A stretch of DNA of 64,000 bases from Alphaproteobacteria bacterium (GTDB lineage: Bacteria > Pseudomonadota > Alphaproteobacteria > Micavibrionales > SZUA-601), in contig CBDFFU010000003.1 of NCBI GenBank assembly GCA_965246875.1, positions 135,385-199,384 of the forward strand, in the 5' to 3' direction. Both the position numbers and the translations under genes were made by a program. Each line of letters begins with the position of its first letter. Within the stretch, counting starts at the first letter, position 1. This document shows positions 47,547 to 57,611 of the stretch, piece after piece. The notes below the pieces were generated by a model. That model did not search any database and was not told the DNA's origin. It saw nothing but the letters and a program-made list of their open reading frames with translations.

Positions 47547-48237
47547 AACTCGCCAATCGTTCATAGACGTAAAGTGTCTGCCCAAAGTGAAAATCCGGTG
47601 TCCCATTTAATTTTTTATACAGGAAATCAACTAATGCTGCGGCCTTGTCTTTAATATCAACAAGCATGAAATAACCAATCTGATTTGCCAAAGTATCAAA
47701 ATCGGGACATTGAACTTCAACTTTAAACGGATGGCTTGTTACCAATTTATAATTTTTTGGAAAACCGGTAGGTTGTATTTCAGGATTTAAAGACAAAAAA
47801 TGAGCTTTTGTCCAGGTAATAATATCCCCCATGATATCGTCATTGTCATTAACCACCGTTATGACGTAACACGGATTTATACAGTCTATTTGTCTATTTA
47901 AACGAGTAATATCATCATCCAAAAATTGCAGGGAATGTGCAAATAAAATCGTTTCGATCTGTATCTGCGGTTGATAGTCAAAAAAGTCAATTGTCTGCCA
48001 GATATGTTTGTCGGAAAGCACGATTTTACTGTCTATTTCATTCATATCGATGCATATCGCTTGCTTATCCGGAAATCCCAAAGAGGCGATGTCACCCATC
48101 CCAGCGCCAACATCTAAAATCGGTTCTACGACATAGTCTTTTAGAACCGTTGCCAGAATATTCGCAATAATCCCGTTTTCATTGCAATATTTTTCTTTGA
48201 AATCTTGTACTTCCGAAATGGTAACTTCATTGCGCAT
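47539..48237 (-). CDS. class I SAM-dependent methyltransferase, AT-rich
   Basis: Motif I ILDVGAGMGDIASLGF. ATG at 48237. Confidence 0.7.
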   Translation of the reverse strand: MRNEVTISEVQDFKEKYCNENGIIANILATVLKDYVVEPILDVGAGMGDIASLGFPDKQAICIDMNEIDSKIVLSDKHIWQTIDFFDYQPQIQIETILFAHSLQFLDDDITRLNRQIDCINPCYVITVVNDNDDIMGDIITWTKAHFLSLNPEIQPTGFPKNYKLVTSHPFKVEVQCPDFDTLANQIGYFMLVDIKDKAAALVDFLYKKLNGTPDFHFGQTLYVYERLASYD

Positions 48238-48249
48238 GATGTGATTCAA

Positions 48250-49191
48250 TCACACAAAACGCTCTCTTGCAAACGCAATCTTATCAGCCAACGTTGGCAA
48301 ACCATCAACATATTGTTCCACCAACTCCAATCGTGCTTTCAACCCTTTCTGGTTCGCTACCTGTATCGCAATCCCAGGTCGGGCATTCACTTCCAGCATC
48401 ATGGGGCCGTGGGTGGCATCAATGACGATATCGACACCCAAGTATCCCAGACCGGTGAGATCGCAAAATTGTGCGGACATGGCAAGGATTTGCTCCCAAT
48501 CGGGAATGGTATGACCCGCAATGGGGGTATGTGTATCGGGATGTTCGCTGATGATCGTATCCCGATAAACGCCAAAGGTTGTTTTGCCGGTGGCGACCGA
48601 GACGCCAACCCCGATGCCGCCCGCATGCAAGTTCGCCTTGCCGCCGCTTTCCCGCGTCGGCAGGCGCAGCATGGCCATGACGGGCACGCCGCGAAAGACG
48701 ATGACGCGAATGTCCGGTACACCGTTACGCGTGAAAATGGCAAAAAACGGATCAGGCTCCACACGGTATTGCACAATGGCGTGATCCGGCTGTCCGCCCA
48801 GCGAATACAGGCCACTCAAGATATTGCTGAGATGATAGCGCATGTCGTTGAACGGCATGATCGTGCCATTCACCTGCTTGTAACCATTTTTAGAGCGGCC
48901 ATTGATGACGATAATACCGCCACCGCCTGACCCCTGTGCGGGTTTGACAACGAAATCGGAAATGTCTGCCATACGATCGGCAAAGTGTAGTGTGTCGCTG
49001 GGACATTGCAGCACTTCATAAATCTGTGGTGTGGCGATGCCGGCCTTGTCAGCCAGATCTTTGGTCCGGATTTTATCATCGACCAGCGGATAGAAAGCGC
49101 GCGGATTATAGCGGTAAATAAAATCTGCATTGCGGCTGTTCATGCCCAGAATGCCCAAGCTGTGATGGTCCTTAAACAGCCCCAGCATCAT
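48250..49191 (-). CDS. alpha-L-glutamate ligase-like ATP-grasp protein (RimK-related amidoligase)
   Basis: GILGMNSRNADFIYRYNPRAFYPLVDDKIRTKDLA...ANLHAGGIGVGV...MLEVNARPG. Confidence 0.85.
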   Translation of the reverse strand: MMLGLFKDHHSLGILGMNSRNADFIYRYNPRAFYPLVDDKIRTKDLADKAGIATPQIYEVLQCPSDTLHFADRMADISDFVVKPAQGSGGGGIIVINGRSKNGYKQVNGTIMPFNDMRYHLSNILSGLYSLGGQPDHAIVQYRVEPDPFFAIFTRNGVPDIRVIVFRGVPVMAMLRLPTRESGGKANLHAGGIGVGVSVATGKTTFGVYRDTIISEHPDTHTPIAGHTIPDWEQILAMSAQFCDLTGLGYLGVDIVIDATHGPMMLEVNARPGIAIQVANQKGLKARLELVEQYVDGLPTLADKIAFARERFV

Positions 49192-50782
49192 GGCCTTCCT
49201 TCATCGCTTTCACCAGTTTGCGAAAGCGTAAGTATTCCGATGCTTTGTAACCATTGTAACGCCCCAATAAAATGCAACCGGCCAAGACAATCAACAACAA
49301 TTCCGGGAACAGGAAAATCAAATGTTCAATAACCGCATTATGCATGACGACATAAGCGATGGATGCCGCAACGATGGTGCCGTAGGCCGTCTTACGCGCT
49401 GATGCGGCACCAAACTCTTCGGTCAACAACGCCATACGTTCGATCGTCATGGTCAATATAATCATCGGGAACAGGGTAATTGACAATCCGGCATTGATGC
49501 CAAAGCGATAGAGGATAACGGTAAGGGCTGCAATCAGCATGACGACAATCGTCAGAACGGCGGCCAACCGTGGCACCACCAATAAACGCAACTCCTCAAA
49601 ATAGGCGCGCAAAAACAGGCCGATCAACACGATCAGGGCAAACAGCCCGATGCCCCACAACAACCCGGTCTCGCGAAATGACAGTGCCATCAACACCGGC
49701 ATAAATGTGCCAAAGGTCGGAATGCCCACCAATTGCCGCAATATCACGATAATGAACGCACCAATGGGAATCATCAGTACGATATTGAACATCAGTTGCG
49801 TATCAATCGGCAATTCCAGCAGTGAGACATTTGTAATCCATTTTGCGGCGTTTTTTGTTTTCCACATGGCCTGCGTAATCGCATCTTCACGGTTATATTT
49901 CGCTGACATGTCGATGCTGACATCTGTCATGCCAGTCGTATTGATGACGTGCTGATCACCGCGCCACCAGGGCAGATAATTTGCGCTGATGCCCAGTTTT
50001 CCGTTGGCGATATCGACATTGACCCAGTGATCCGCCTGGTGATCCACTTGGTAAAATTCCAGCCACTGCATAAACGGCAAGCCATGCTGTTTTTCATGCA
50101 GATCGACACCGGTGACCAAACGCGCCGGGATGTTCGCCGCATTTACCGCCATATTGACTAATTCTGCAAGGCTCGCTGGTTTTTTGAGACTGCTTTGCAA
50201 CACGGTTATCCGGTCATCCGGCTGCACAACCGATTGCTGCATCAACTTCACCAGTTCCAGCACCAGCGACGCCGGATCAACCGATTTTTGCTTCGCTTCA
50301 TCGATCAACGTATATAACGCGATATGCGCGGGGTCATTGACGTCGTCGGTCAGCAATGCCGATGGCGTCACGACCGGCACCATCTTTGGTTTCGTCTTGT
50401 CATTCTCTGTGCGGTCAGATGATTTCAGTTCATAAAAAATCGCACGGTAAAAAATCGTCTGCCGACCTTTGGCATCGCGGCGTGTCAGAATCATGCGCTG
50501 GTTGCCGGTGTCCTTGCCAATGCGGCGTTCGATCCCGTACTGGCTGGCAATTATATTGTCATTGACCTTGGCCAAAGCGCTGGTGCCTTGTGGCGTAAAA
50601 AACGCGAGTTGAACCGGAGTACCAGCCACTGGACGAAAGCGGATTTTTGCTTCGATAATCCAGCTATGCGCGTTTTGGTTGGGCTGCAACGGGAAGTGCA
50701 GATAAAACACTTTATAGCCAGACAGGCCGAGGGCCACGCCAACCAGCGCCAGACAAAGAATAAAAATTTGCGCCAGACGCAT
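49172..50782 (-). CDS. inactive-transglutaminase-like domain fused to a 7TM module
   Basis: 536 aa with an N-terminal anchor, an extracytoplasmic domain and a multi-TM C-terminus (GIPTFGTFMPVLMALSF...LFPMIILTMTIERM). It overlaps the ATP-grasp gene by 20 nt. Confidence 0.72.
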   Translation of the reverse strand: MRLAQIFILCLALVGVALGLSGYKVFYLHFPLQPNQNAHSWIIEAKIRFRPVAGTPVQLAFFTPQGTSALAKVNDNIIASQYGIERRIGKDTGNQRMILTRRDAKGRQTIFYRAIFYELKSSDRTENDKTKPKMVPVVTPSALLTDDVNDPAHIALYTLIDEAKQKSVDPASLVLELVKLMQQSVVQPDDRITVLQSSLKKPASLAELVNMAVNAANIPARLVTGVDLHEKQHGLPFMQWLEFYQVDHQADHWVNVDIANGKLGISANYLPWWRGDQHVINTTGMTDVSIDMSAKYNREDAITQAMWKTKNAAKWITNVSLLELPIDTQLMFNIVLMIPIGAFIIVILRQLVGIPTFGTFMPVLMALSFRETGLLWGIGLFALIVLIGLFLRAYFEELRLLVVPRLAAVLTIVVMLIAALTVILYRFGINAGLSITLFPMIILTMTIERMALLTEEFGAASARKTAYGTIVAASIAYVVMHNAVIEHLIFLFPELLLIVLAGCILLGRYNGYKASEYLRFRKLVKAMKEGHDAGAV

Positions 50783-50798
50783 CGGGGTTAGTCCCTGT

Positions 50799-51359
50799 TT
50801 ATTTGGCAGATGAAGGCGTTACGGCCGCGTTCGTTTCGTCTTCGGCATGTGTCTTGGTTTCGCTGCACTGTGCGGGCGCAATAAAGGTACGGCTTGGGTC
50901 AACGATCATGCCGCCTGCCTGCATCATATTACGCCCAACCAATACCGGATAGATGAAGTCTTCCCGTGCTGCCAGATTCACTTCGCTGCTCACATGCCGT
51001 CCGGCCATACAAAAATCCATCATGACGACAGGACGCCGCTGCCATCCGCCATCCTTGCTTTTGATCCGCACAAACCGCACCAGTTTACGCTCCAGCGTGT
51101 TCGTCTCGCCTTTATCATTTTCAATCTGGAATACAACGCGTTGCTGATCAGGATTGCTATCATCAACACTTAGCACGTCAGCCCGCATGGATGATGTCAT
51201 GGCACCCGTATCCAGCTTGGCTTTAAAGCTGCTATTGATCGACTGAACGTAAACGCGTTCAACCCATCCGGCTATAACTTGTTGGCCAGGTGTTTTCGCC
51301 CAAGATGATACAGCAAATAAACAGCCTATTAAAAGACAGGATATCGATAATTTGATCAC
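50799..51359 (-). CDS. secreted retropepsin-like protease (annotated in databases as ATP-dependent zinc protease)
   Basis: Signal peptide, then GWVERVYVQSINSSFKAKLDTGAMTSSMRA. It is a paralogue of the 25291..25764 product. Confidence 0.8.
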   Translation of the reverse strand: MIKLSISCLLIGCLFAVSSWAKTPGQQVIAGWVERVYVQSINSSFKAKLDTGAMTSSMRADVLSVDDSNPDQQRVVFQIENDKGETNTLERKLVRFVRIKSKDGGWQRRPVVMMDFCMAGRHVSSEVNLAAREDFIYPVLVGRNMMQAGGMIVDPSRTFIAPAQCSETKTHAEDETNAAVTPSSAK

Positions 51360-51431
51360 AGCGTACCATCAACATATACAAAGCGCTGTATAATGCCTGT
51401 TATAAGATTTATGAGTTCAATGGTTTATGTT

Positions 51432-51881
51432 TCAAATTACAAAAGGCGTTTTTGTCTTCCAATAAAAAATACCGGATGCAATAGCGCTTAAAATAATTCC
51501 GCCAATGATGGCAGAAAAAATAATATTTACCAGGCCAGCCAGTCCGCCCAAAACTAATGCAGTCATGATTCCGACGAACAAGTTTATGACAGCTGATATG
51601 ACAGTGATGGCGACGATGTGACGGTAAGGTTTATCCAAACGTGTCGCCATCGCAACATCATATAACATATATACTGCAACGACGGATATCAAAATGCTGC
51701 ACACAGATCCAAACAATACTGCCAAGCTCACCAATCCCAATTTGGCCATTAAAATAACCAAAAGACGTGATCCAAGGCTGCCAATCAAGCCAATAGCGAT
51801 AAAAATAAAAGTGTATTTTTTAACAATTTCCGCATTCAGCTCATATTTAGCGCATTGTGTATGCAACATAGAATTATACAT
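51432..51881 (-). CDS. hypothetical polytopic membrane protein, AT-rich
   Basis: 149 aa with about four hydrophobic segments. Confidence 0.5.
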   Translation of the reverse strand: MYNSMLHTQCAKYELNAEIVKKYTFIFIAIGLIGSLGSRLLVILMAKLGLVSLAVLFGSVCSILISVVAVYMLYDVAMATRLDKPYRHIVAITVISAVINLFVGIMTALVLGGLAGLVNIIFSAIIGGIILSAIASGIFYWKTKTPFVI

Positions 51882-52060
51882 AATATATCCCTTCGCGGTT
51901 ATAATTCGATTATATCATGGTTGCAAAACTTAATTGCAGCCACGCAAGCATGTCATTTATCTCAGTTTCTGTCTTAACAGGTTTCTGTAAGCTGGCAAGA
52001 GTGAGATGAGAAGGATGACCAACATTCTATCCTATGACCTATAGAATTTGTCCTTTTTCC

Positions 52061-52089
52061 TTGACTTACACCCCATTAAGCTTTAAAAA
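52061..52089 (+). promoter_or_regulatory. candidate sigma70-type promoter for rplK-rplA
   Basis: ttgact, a 17-nt spacer, then taaaaa. It is followed by a GC-rich leader in which gatgcgccggc can pair with gccggcatc. Confidence 0.3.
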
Positions 52090-52202
52090 CAGGCCCTTCG
52101 CGGTGGGAGATGCGCCGGCAGATTATCGCTCATACCCATGGGCAGGCCCGCCGGCATCAAAACGACCACCATCCTTTAAAACCACACTTTAAGGGGCATT
52201 CA

Positions 52203-52634
52203 ATGGCCAAAAAAGTAGCGGGGCAAATTAAGCTCCAGGTTCCGGCAGCGTCCGCGAACCCATCACCGCCAATTGGACCGGCTCTCGGTCAACGCGGACT
52301 AAACATCATGGAATTCTGCAAAGCGTTCAACGCGCAAACGCAGGAAATGGAAAAAGGCATGCCATGCCCGGTCGTCATTACGTACTACCAGGATAAATCC
52401 TTTAACTTCGTGATCAAAACACCGCCGGTCACTTACTTCCTGAAAAAAGCTTCGGGTATCACCAAAGGCCACAGCAAGGTTGGAACCGGCACCATCGGCA
52501 AAGTGAAAATCTCCCAAATCAAAGAGATCGCCAAGTCGAAAATGAAAGATCTGAATGCCAAAGACGAAGCCGGCGCCGTTGAGATGATCAAGGGTTCCGC
52601 AATGTCCATGGGCTTAGAAGTGGTGGAGGATTAA
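52203..52634 (+). CDS. rplK: 50S ribosomal protein L11
   Basis: [43 protein letters not shown]. Confidence 0.97.
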   Translation: MAKKVAGQIKLQVPAASANPSPPIGPALGQRGLNIMEFCKAFNAQTQEMEKGMPCPVVITYYQDKSFNFVIKTPPVTYFLKKASGITKGHSKVGTGTIGKVKISQIKEIAKSKMKDLNAKDEAGAVEMIKGSAMSMGLEVVED

Positions 52635-52636
52635 TC

Positions 52637-53356
52637 ATGGCTAAAGCACAACAACCTCGTACGATCAAACTCGCCAAACGTCAAAAAAACTTTGCGTCTG
52701 TTGAAGCGGAAAAATTATACGCTCTGGCTGAAGCCGTTGCGTTGGTGAAGAAAAATGCGACTGCCAAATTCGATGAAACCATTGACCTGGCTGTCAATCT
52801 CGGTGTCGATACGCGTCAAGCGGATCAAAACATCCGAGGCATGCTGGTTCTGCCAAACGGAACGGGTAAAACCATTCGCGTCGCCGTTTTGGCGCGTGGC
52901 GACAAAGCCACAGCGGCGAAAAACGCTGGTGCCGATATTGCCGGTGCGGAAGATCTGGTTGACACGATTTTGAGCGGCAAGATCGAATTTGATCGCTTGA
53001 TTGCCACACCGGACATGATGCCGGCTGTTGGCCGTCTGGGTAAAATCCTCGGACCAAAAGGCCTGATGCCAAACCCGAAACTGGGAACGGTTACAGTCGA
53101 TGTCGAGAAAGCTGTCAAAGATGCCAAATCCGGTTCGGTTGAATACCGCGCCGAGAAAAACGGGATCGTGCATGTTGGCGTTGGCAAAGCCAGCTTCTCG
53201 GATGAGAAACTGCTCGGCAACATCAAAGCCTTGATCGACGCTTTGCAACGTGCGAAGCCAAGCACCAGCAAAGGCAACTACATGCAGCGCATCGCTCTGA
53301 GCTCAACCATGGGCCCAGGCGTTAAAGTGGACATTACAGACGCCACTGCGGCGTAA
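52637..53356 (+). CDS. rplA: 50S ribosomal protein L1
   Basis: 239 aa containing [14 protein letters not shown]...[12 protein letters not shown]. Confidence 0.97.
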   Translation: MAKAQQPRTIKLAKRQKNFASVEAEKLYALAEAVALVKKNATAKFDETIDLAVNLGVDTRQADQNIRGMLVLPNGTGKTIRVAVLARGDKATAAKNAGADIAGAEDLVDTILSGKIEFDRLIATPDMMPAVGRLGKILGPKGLMPNPKLGTVTVDVEKAVKDAKSGSVEYRAEKNGIVHVGVGKASFSDEKLLGNIKALIDALQRAKPSTSKGNYMQRIALSSTMGPGVKVDITDATAA

Positions 53357-53375
53357 CAGTTTGACTGACCTTTCT

Positions 53376-53409
53376 AAAAACCCTTCCCTTAGATGGGAAG
53401 GGTTTTTTT
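53376..53409 (+). terminator. rho-independent terminator after rplA
   Basis: aaaaacccttccc-ttagat-gggaagggttttttt. Confidence 0.82.
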
Positions 53410-53491
53410 CGACCGCAGCAATAAATGCATTTTATTTCCGACCGGTTTTTGTGAAACCGGGTAATCAACAAACCTTGGGGGTGACCGCGAA

Positions 53492-53965
53492 TTGAATACA
53501 GAAAAGAATTTAGGCCTATATCCAATAGTTTCTAACGATATCAGCACGATCATGCGCTTCATGGACACTGGCGCAGAAATATTTGAAGAAGAAACCGGCT
53601 GCAAAAGTCTGGATGATTTTTTTGCCAACCCAGACGTTGAAGGATATCAGCCACAAATTGACAAGCTGATTGTTTCTCCTAACAACATAACCATGCAAAA
53701 CAAATACCGTCATCTTGATGCCGATGGCTGGGTAGCGTTGCGTAACACGCAATATCAAAATTTTGCCCATGTGCAACGTGAAATCACGAAAATTCAAGAC
53801 GACATCATATCGCCAGAAGCGAAGAACCCGTCCCAGCATTTCAAATCAAAATTATCCCTACAGCAGGATCGCGTTAACATCGGAGATGTAATTCGCGAAC
53901 TGACATTCGTCGCAGTACGAAAGCGGACATTGGCCGCTGCCGAAACTGAATTAGTACCTGCCTGA
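53492..53965 (+). CDS. hypothetical protein, AT-rich ORFan
   Basis: 157 codons from a TTG start. The first ATG is at 53555. Confidence 0.4.
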   Translation: MNTEKNLGLYPIVSNDISTIMRFMDTGAEIFEEETGCKSLDDFFANPDVEGYQPQIDKLIVSPNNITMQNKYRHLDADGWVALRNTQYQNFAHVQREITKIQDDIISPEAKNPSQHFKSKLSLQQDRVNIGDVIRELTFVAVRKRTLAAAETELVPA

Positions 53966-53973
53966 TTTTTGAC

Positions 53974-54002
53974 AAAAGCCTCCTCATACGGAGGCTTTTT
54001 TA
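53974..54002 (+). terminator. bidirectional rho-independent terminator
   Basis: aaaagcctcc-tcatac-ggaggcttttttt. Confidence 0.72.
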
Positions 54003-54197
54003 TTTATCGATCAAAAGACTGAAAATAATATCTGGGTTTTGTATACGTTTTTTGCCTAATGCCGATTGAGCATTCTGCTGCATTTGAACCGCAGATTCAT
54101 AAACAGCTTGGCGTTCAGCAAACGTCAAACTTTTTTCCGCTTTAAAAGCGATCAATTTTAAAAAGTCAGGGCGTTGTGAGTTTGTTGTCTGCTTCAT
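54000..54197 (-). CDS. hypothetical small protein
   Basis: A 65-codon ORF is the only evidence. Confidence 0.33.
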   Translation of the reverse strand: MKQTTNSQRPDFLKLIAFKAEKSLTFAERQAVYESAVQMQQNAQSALGKKRIQNPDIIFSLLIDK

Positions 54198-54315
54198 GAA
54201 TTTATCCCGTTCATAAATCTCGTATCACAACTATAATAGCGACTGTTAAACTGAAAATGCCTTATCCATACTTTCAAGTTTGCTTTCTCATTTCATCTCG
54301 CTCACAATCAGCCCC

Positions 54316-55206
54316 ATGTCAAACACGCCAACCTCCGATCACCCCGCTCTCCAGGGCCAGCACACTACCTTGATCGGCATTGCCGTCAATATCGTGTTGA
54401 TCCTGATCAAGGGTGCTGCCGGTGTGCTGGGTCATTCCTATGCCTTAATTGCGGATGCCGTGGAATCCGCAACCGATGTCATGACCTCGATTTTTGTCTG
54501 GCTGGGGCTGCGCGCTGCGGCCCGCGCGCCCGACGCGGATCACCCGTATGGTCATGGCAAAGCCGAACCATTAGCGGCCATTGTTGTAGCGCTCGCATTG
54601 TGGGCCGCGGCGATTTTGATTGCTATCGAAAGCATCGCGCATATTCAAACACCCCACCACATTCCGGCACCGTTCACGTTGATTGTGCTGGGCGTCATTA
54701 TTGCGATCAAGGAGTATTTGTATCGCCGCGTCTACAAGGTCGGCACCAATACCGCAAGTAACGCCGTCAAAGCCGATGCCTGGCATCACCGCAGCGATGC
54801 CATTACATCACTCACTGCGTTTATCGGCATCGGCATCGCCATTATTGGCGGGCCGGGTTATGAAAGTGCCGATGACTGGACCGCCCTTATTGCATCCATC
54901 ATTATCGTCTACAACGCCTGGCTGATTTTCCGTCCGGCGTTTGGCGAAGTCATGGACGAAGCCCCGACGGGCAATTGGCCCAATGACATTGCCGCCATTG
55001 CCAACGCTGTGCCCGGCGTGATCCGCATCGAAAAATGTGTCGCACGCAAAATGGGGTTTGATTATTTCATCGACCTGCATGCCGAAGTCGATGGCCGCAT
55101 CACCGTCACGGAAGGCCACGCCATTGCCCATGCACTCAAAGCCGCCATCCGCGCCCAAAAGCCGAATGTGCATGACGTGCTGATCCATATTGAACCGGCG
55201 GCCTAA
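54316..55206 (+). CDS. cation diffusion facilitator family transporter
   Basis: LIADAVESATDVMTS...DADHPYGHGKAE...ADAWHHRSDA...HDVLIHIEP. Confidence 0.9.
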   Translation: MSNTPTSDHPALQGQHTTLIGIAVNIVLILIKGAAGVLGHSYALIADAVESATDVMTSIFVWLGLRAAARAPDADHPYGHGKAEPLAAIVVALALWAAAILIAIESIAHIQTPHHIPAPFTLIVLGVIIAIKEYLYRRVYKVGTNTASNAVKADAWHHRSDAITSLTAFIGIGIAIIGGPGYESADDWTALIASIIIVYNAWLIFRPAFGEVMDEAPTGNWPNDIAAIANAVPGVIRIEKCVARKMGFDYFIDLHAEVDGRITVTEGHAIAHALKAAIRAQKPNVHDVLIHIEPAA

Positions 55207-55208
55207 AT

Positions 55209-55715
55209 TTATTTATTATTCTCGCGCACGACACGCGCCTTATCGCGGTTCCAGTCGCGCTCTTTTTCGGCTTCGCGTTTTTCGACCTGGCGTTTGCCTT
55301 TGGCGAGACCGATTTCCAGTTTGATGCGGCCTTTTTCGTTGAAGTATAATTTCATCGGCACCAAGGTCATGCCTTCACGCGACAGGGCTGTCAGCAATTT
55401 CTTGATCTGTTTTTTGTTGAGCAACAGTGGGCGCGGGCGGCGCGGTTCATGCTGCAAATGCTTACCCGCACGATTATATTCATCGATGTGTGACCCGAAC
55501 AGCGTGATCTGTCCATTGTCCGGCCCGGCATAGGATTGATGGATTTGCCCCTGGCCCAGACGCAGCGATTTCACTTCGGTGCCGGTCAACATTAGACCCG
55601 CTTCGATTGTTTCGATAATTTGGTAATCAAAACGCGCGCGCCGGTTCACCGCGATAACGGAATCGTTTTCCTTCGCGTTATGTTTCGGTGAGTTGTTTTT
55701 CGGCTCATTCGTCAT
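55209..55715 (-). CDS. smpB: SsrA-binding protein
   Basis: Start chosen at MTNEPK. Contains NRRARFDYQIIETIEAGLMLTGTEVKSLR...KLYFNEKGRIKLEIGLAKGK. Confidence 0.93.
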   Translation of the reverse strand: MTNEPKNNSPKHNAKENDSVIAVNRRARFDYQIIETIEAGLMLTGTEVKSLRLGQGQIHQSYAGPDNGQITLFGSHIDEYNRAGKHLQHEPRRPRPLLLNKKQIKKLLTALSREGMTLVPMKLYFNEKGRIKLEIGLAKGKRQVEKREAEKERDWNRDKARVVRENNK

Positions 55716-55758
55716 TACGGTTGGCACATATCCTGATTTCACTGATTGCTGTTTCACC

Positions 55759-57600
55759 ATGAAGAATTTGCCTGATTTATGCAAGATGATAGTCCTGATT
55801 GTGCTGGGAATCATGTTGATACAGCCAGCCATTGCTGCAAATACCGCTAACGATGTGCAGCAATGGCTGGCCTTACGCGACAGCCGCAATCTCTATGATT
55901 TCATGAGTTACGCGCGCTTTATCAACGCCCATCCCAACTGGCCGCAAGTCAACAATGCCATTCGGATTAATGCCGAAACCGCCTTGCTGCGCGATGGTGC
56001 CGATAACGGCACCTTGCTGGACTGGCTTGACCAGCACCCGCCGTTAACTGATGAAGGACGTGTGCGTCTGGTGCAAGCACTCCAAGCCACGGGTAATCGT
56101 CTGGGTGCCAGACAGCAAGCCACCGAATATTGGCACAGCGGTTATTTCGATGGGCCACGGTCGGCACGTGTCATTGGTCTGGTCGGCGGCTTTACCGCGA
56201 ATGACGATGCGGCGCGGATGGATAATCTGTTATGGCTGGGGAATGTCACCCGGGCAAAAAGCCTGTTGCCCACTGTTGATCGCACAATGCAGGCCGTGGC
56301 GCGCGCACGGATCGCGTTACAGGATGGCAGCCCACAAGCACCCTCCCTGGTGCAGGCCGTGCCGGGCAACCGGCGCAATGATGATGGTTTATTGTATGAC
56401 CGCATCCGCTATGCCCGACGCCGTGGTGATGATAATCTGGCCGCACAATTGATGCAAAACACTACAGATCATGATGGCGATTACGGTCATCTGTGGGGGA
56501 AAGAGCGGTTGCTGTTGGCGCGACGTGCGTTTGAACAGGGTAATGATAAAAGGGCTTTTGCGATTGCCAAATTGGTCGGTGGTCTGCCCAAAACCGAACG
56601 GGCCGAGTTGCACTGGTTTGCCGGGTGGGTCGCCTTGACGCGTTTGCAGCAACCGGAAACGGCTGCTGATTTATTTGCGACGATGCACAAGGAAGTGGAA
56701 ACACCGCTCTCCAAAGCACGCGCGGCCTATTGGACGGGGGCTGCCGCTGAACAGGCCGGTGACAAGCAAACCGCTACACAATGGTTTCAAGACGCTGCCC
56801 GTCATCCGCATGTGTTTTACGGCTTGATGGCGTCTTATGCGTTAAACGATCCGCAAAATATTATGGCGCAATTCGTCAGGCGCAGTCAGTCTGTGTCCTC
56901 CGGCAATGCACTGACACGCTCCGATATGGCTGATGCCGCGCGATATCTGACACGTAATAGCCAGATCACCGAACGTGATTTGTTTTTGCAAGCCATGATC
57001 AATGCATCATCCAAAACCAAACAGGCGCAAAATGTGATCCCCCTGGCGCGGGAACTCAACAGCGCCAAATACGCATTGGTTGCCGCCAAACAAGCGTATC
57101 TCGATGGCGTGCTGGTGATCGACGCGTTGTTCCCACGCGTGCCGTTTCCCCCGCAAGAGGATGTTGATCCAGCCCTCACACTGGCGATTGCGCGGCAGGA
57201 AAGCCTGTTCGATCCAACTGCTGTCAGTTCAGCCGGAGCGCGTGGCTTATTGCAGCTGATGCCAGCCACAGCTGCCCACGTGGCCAACCGTTACGGCACC
57301 AATTATGGCGGACCTGGATCATTGTTCCAGCCACGCACCAATCTGCAATTGGGCCAATATTATCTGAAAGATTTGCTGCAGCGTTATGACGGTTTCGCAC
57401 CACTGGCCATAGCTGCTTATAACGCCGGGCCGGGCAATGTCGATAAATTTATTGCGGCTAATGGCGACCCGCGCACTGAGAGCGCAGACTGGACGAACTG
57501 GGTCGAGCGTATTCCGTTTTATGAGACACGCAACTATGTGCAGCGTGTCTGGGAATCGTATGTGATGTATGGCTATTTATTGGGCAATACTGCACGCTAA
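55759..57600 (+). CDS. soluble lytic murein transglycosylase (Slt family)
   Basis: Signal peptide, a superhelical N-terminal region, and the catalytic segment IARQESLFDPTAVSSAGARGLLQLMPATA...AYNAGPGNV. Confidence 0.9.
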   Translation: MKNLPDLCKMIVLIVLGIMLIQPAIAANTANDVQQWLALRDSRNLYDFMSYARFINAHPNWPQVNNAIRINAETALLRDGADNGTLLDWLDQHPPLTDEGRVRLVQALQATGNRLGARQQATEYWHSGYFDGPRSARVIGLVGGFTANDDAARMDNLLWLGNVTRAKSLLPTVDRTMQAVARARIALQDGSPQAPSLVQAVPGNRRNDDGLLYDRIRYARRRGDDNLAAQLMQNTTDHDGDYGHLWGKERLLLARRAFEQGNDKRAFAIAKLVGGLPKTERAELHWFAGWVALTRLQQPETAADLFATMHKEVETPLSKARAAYWTGAAAEQAGDKQTATQWFQDAARHPHVFYGLMASYALNDPQNIMAQFVRRSQSVSSGNALTRSDMADAARYLTRNSQITERDLFLQAMINASSKTKQAQNVIPLARELNSAKYALVAAKQAYLDGVLVIDALFPRVPFPPQEDVDPALTLAIARQESLFDPTAVSSAGARGLLQLMPATAAHVANRYGTNYGGPGSLFQPRTNLQLGQYYLKDLLQRYDGFAPLAIAAYNAGPGNVDKFIAANGDPRTESADWTNWVERIPFYETRNYVQRVWESYVMYGYLLGNTAR

Positions 57601-57611
57601 TTCATTTTTGA

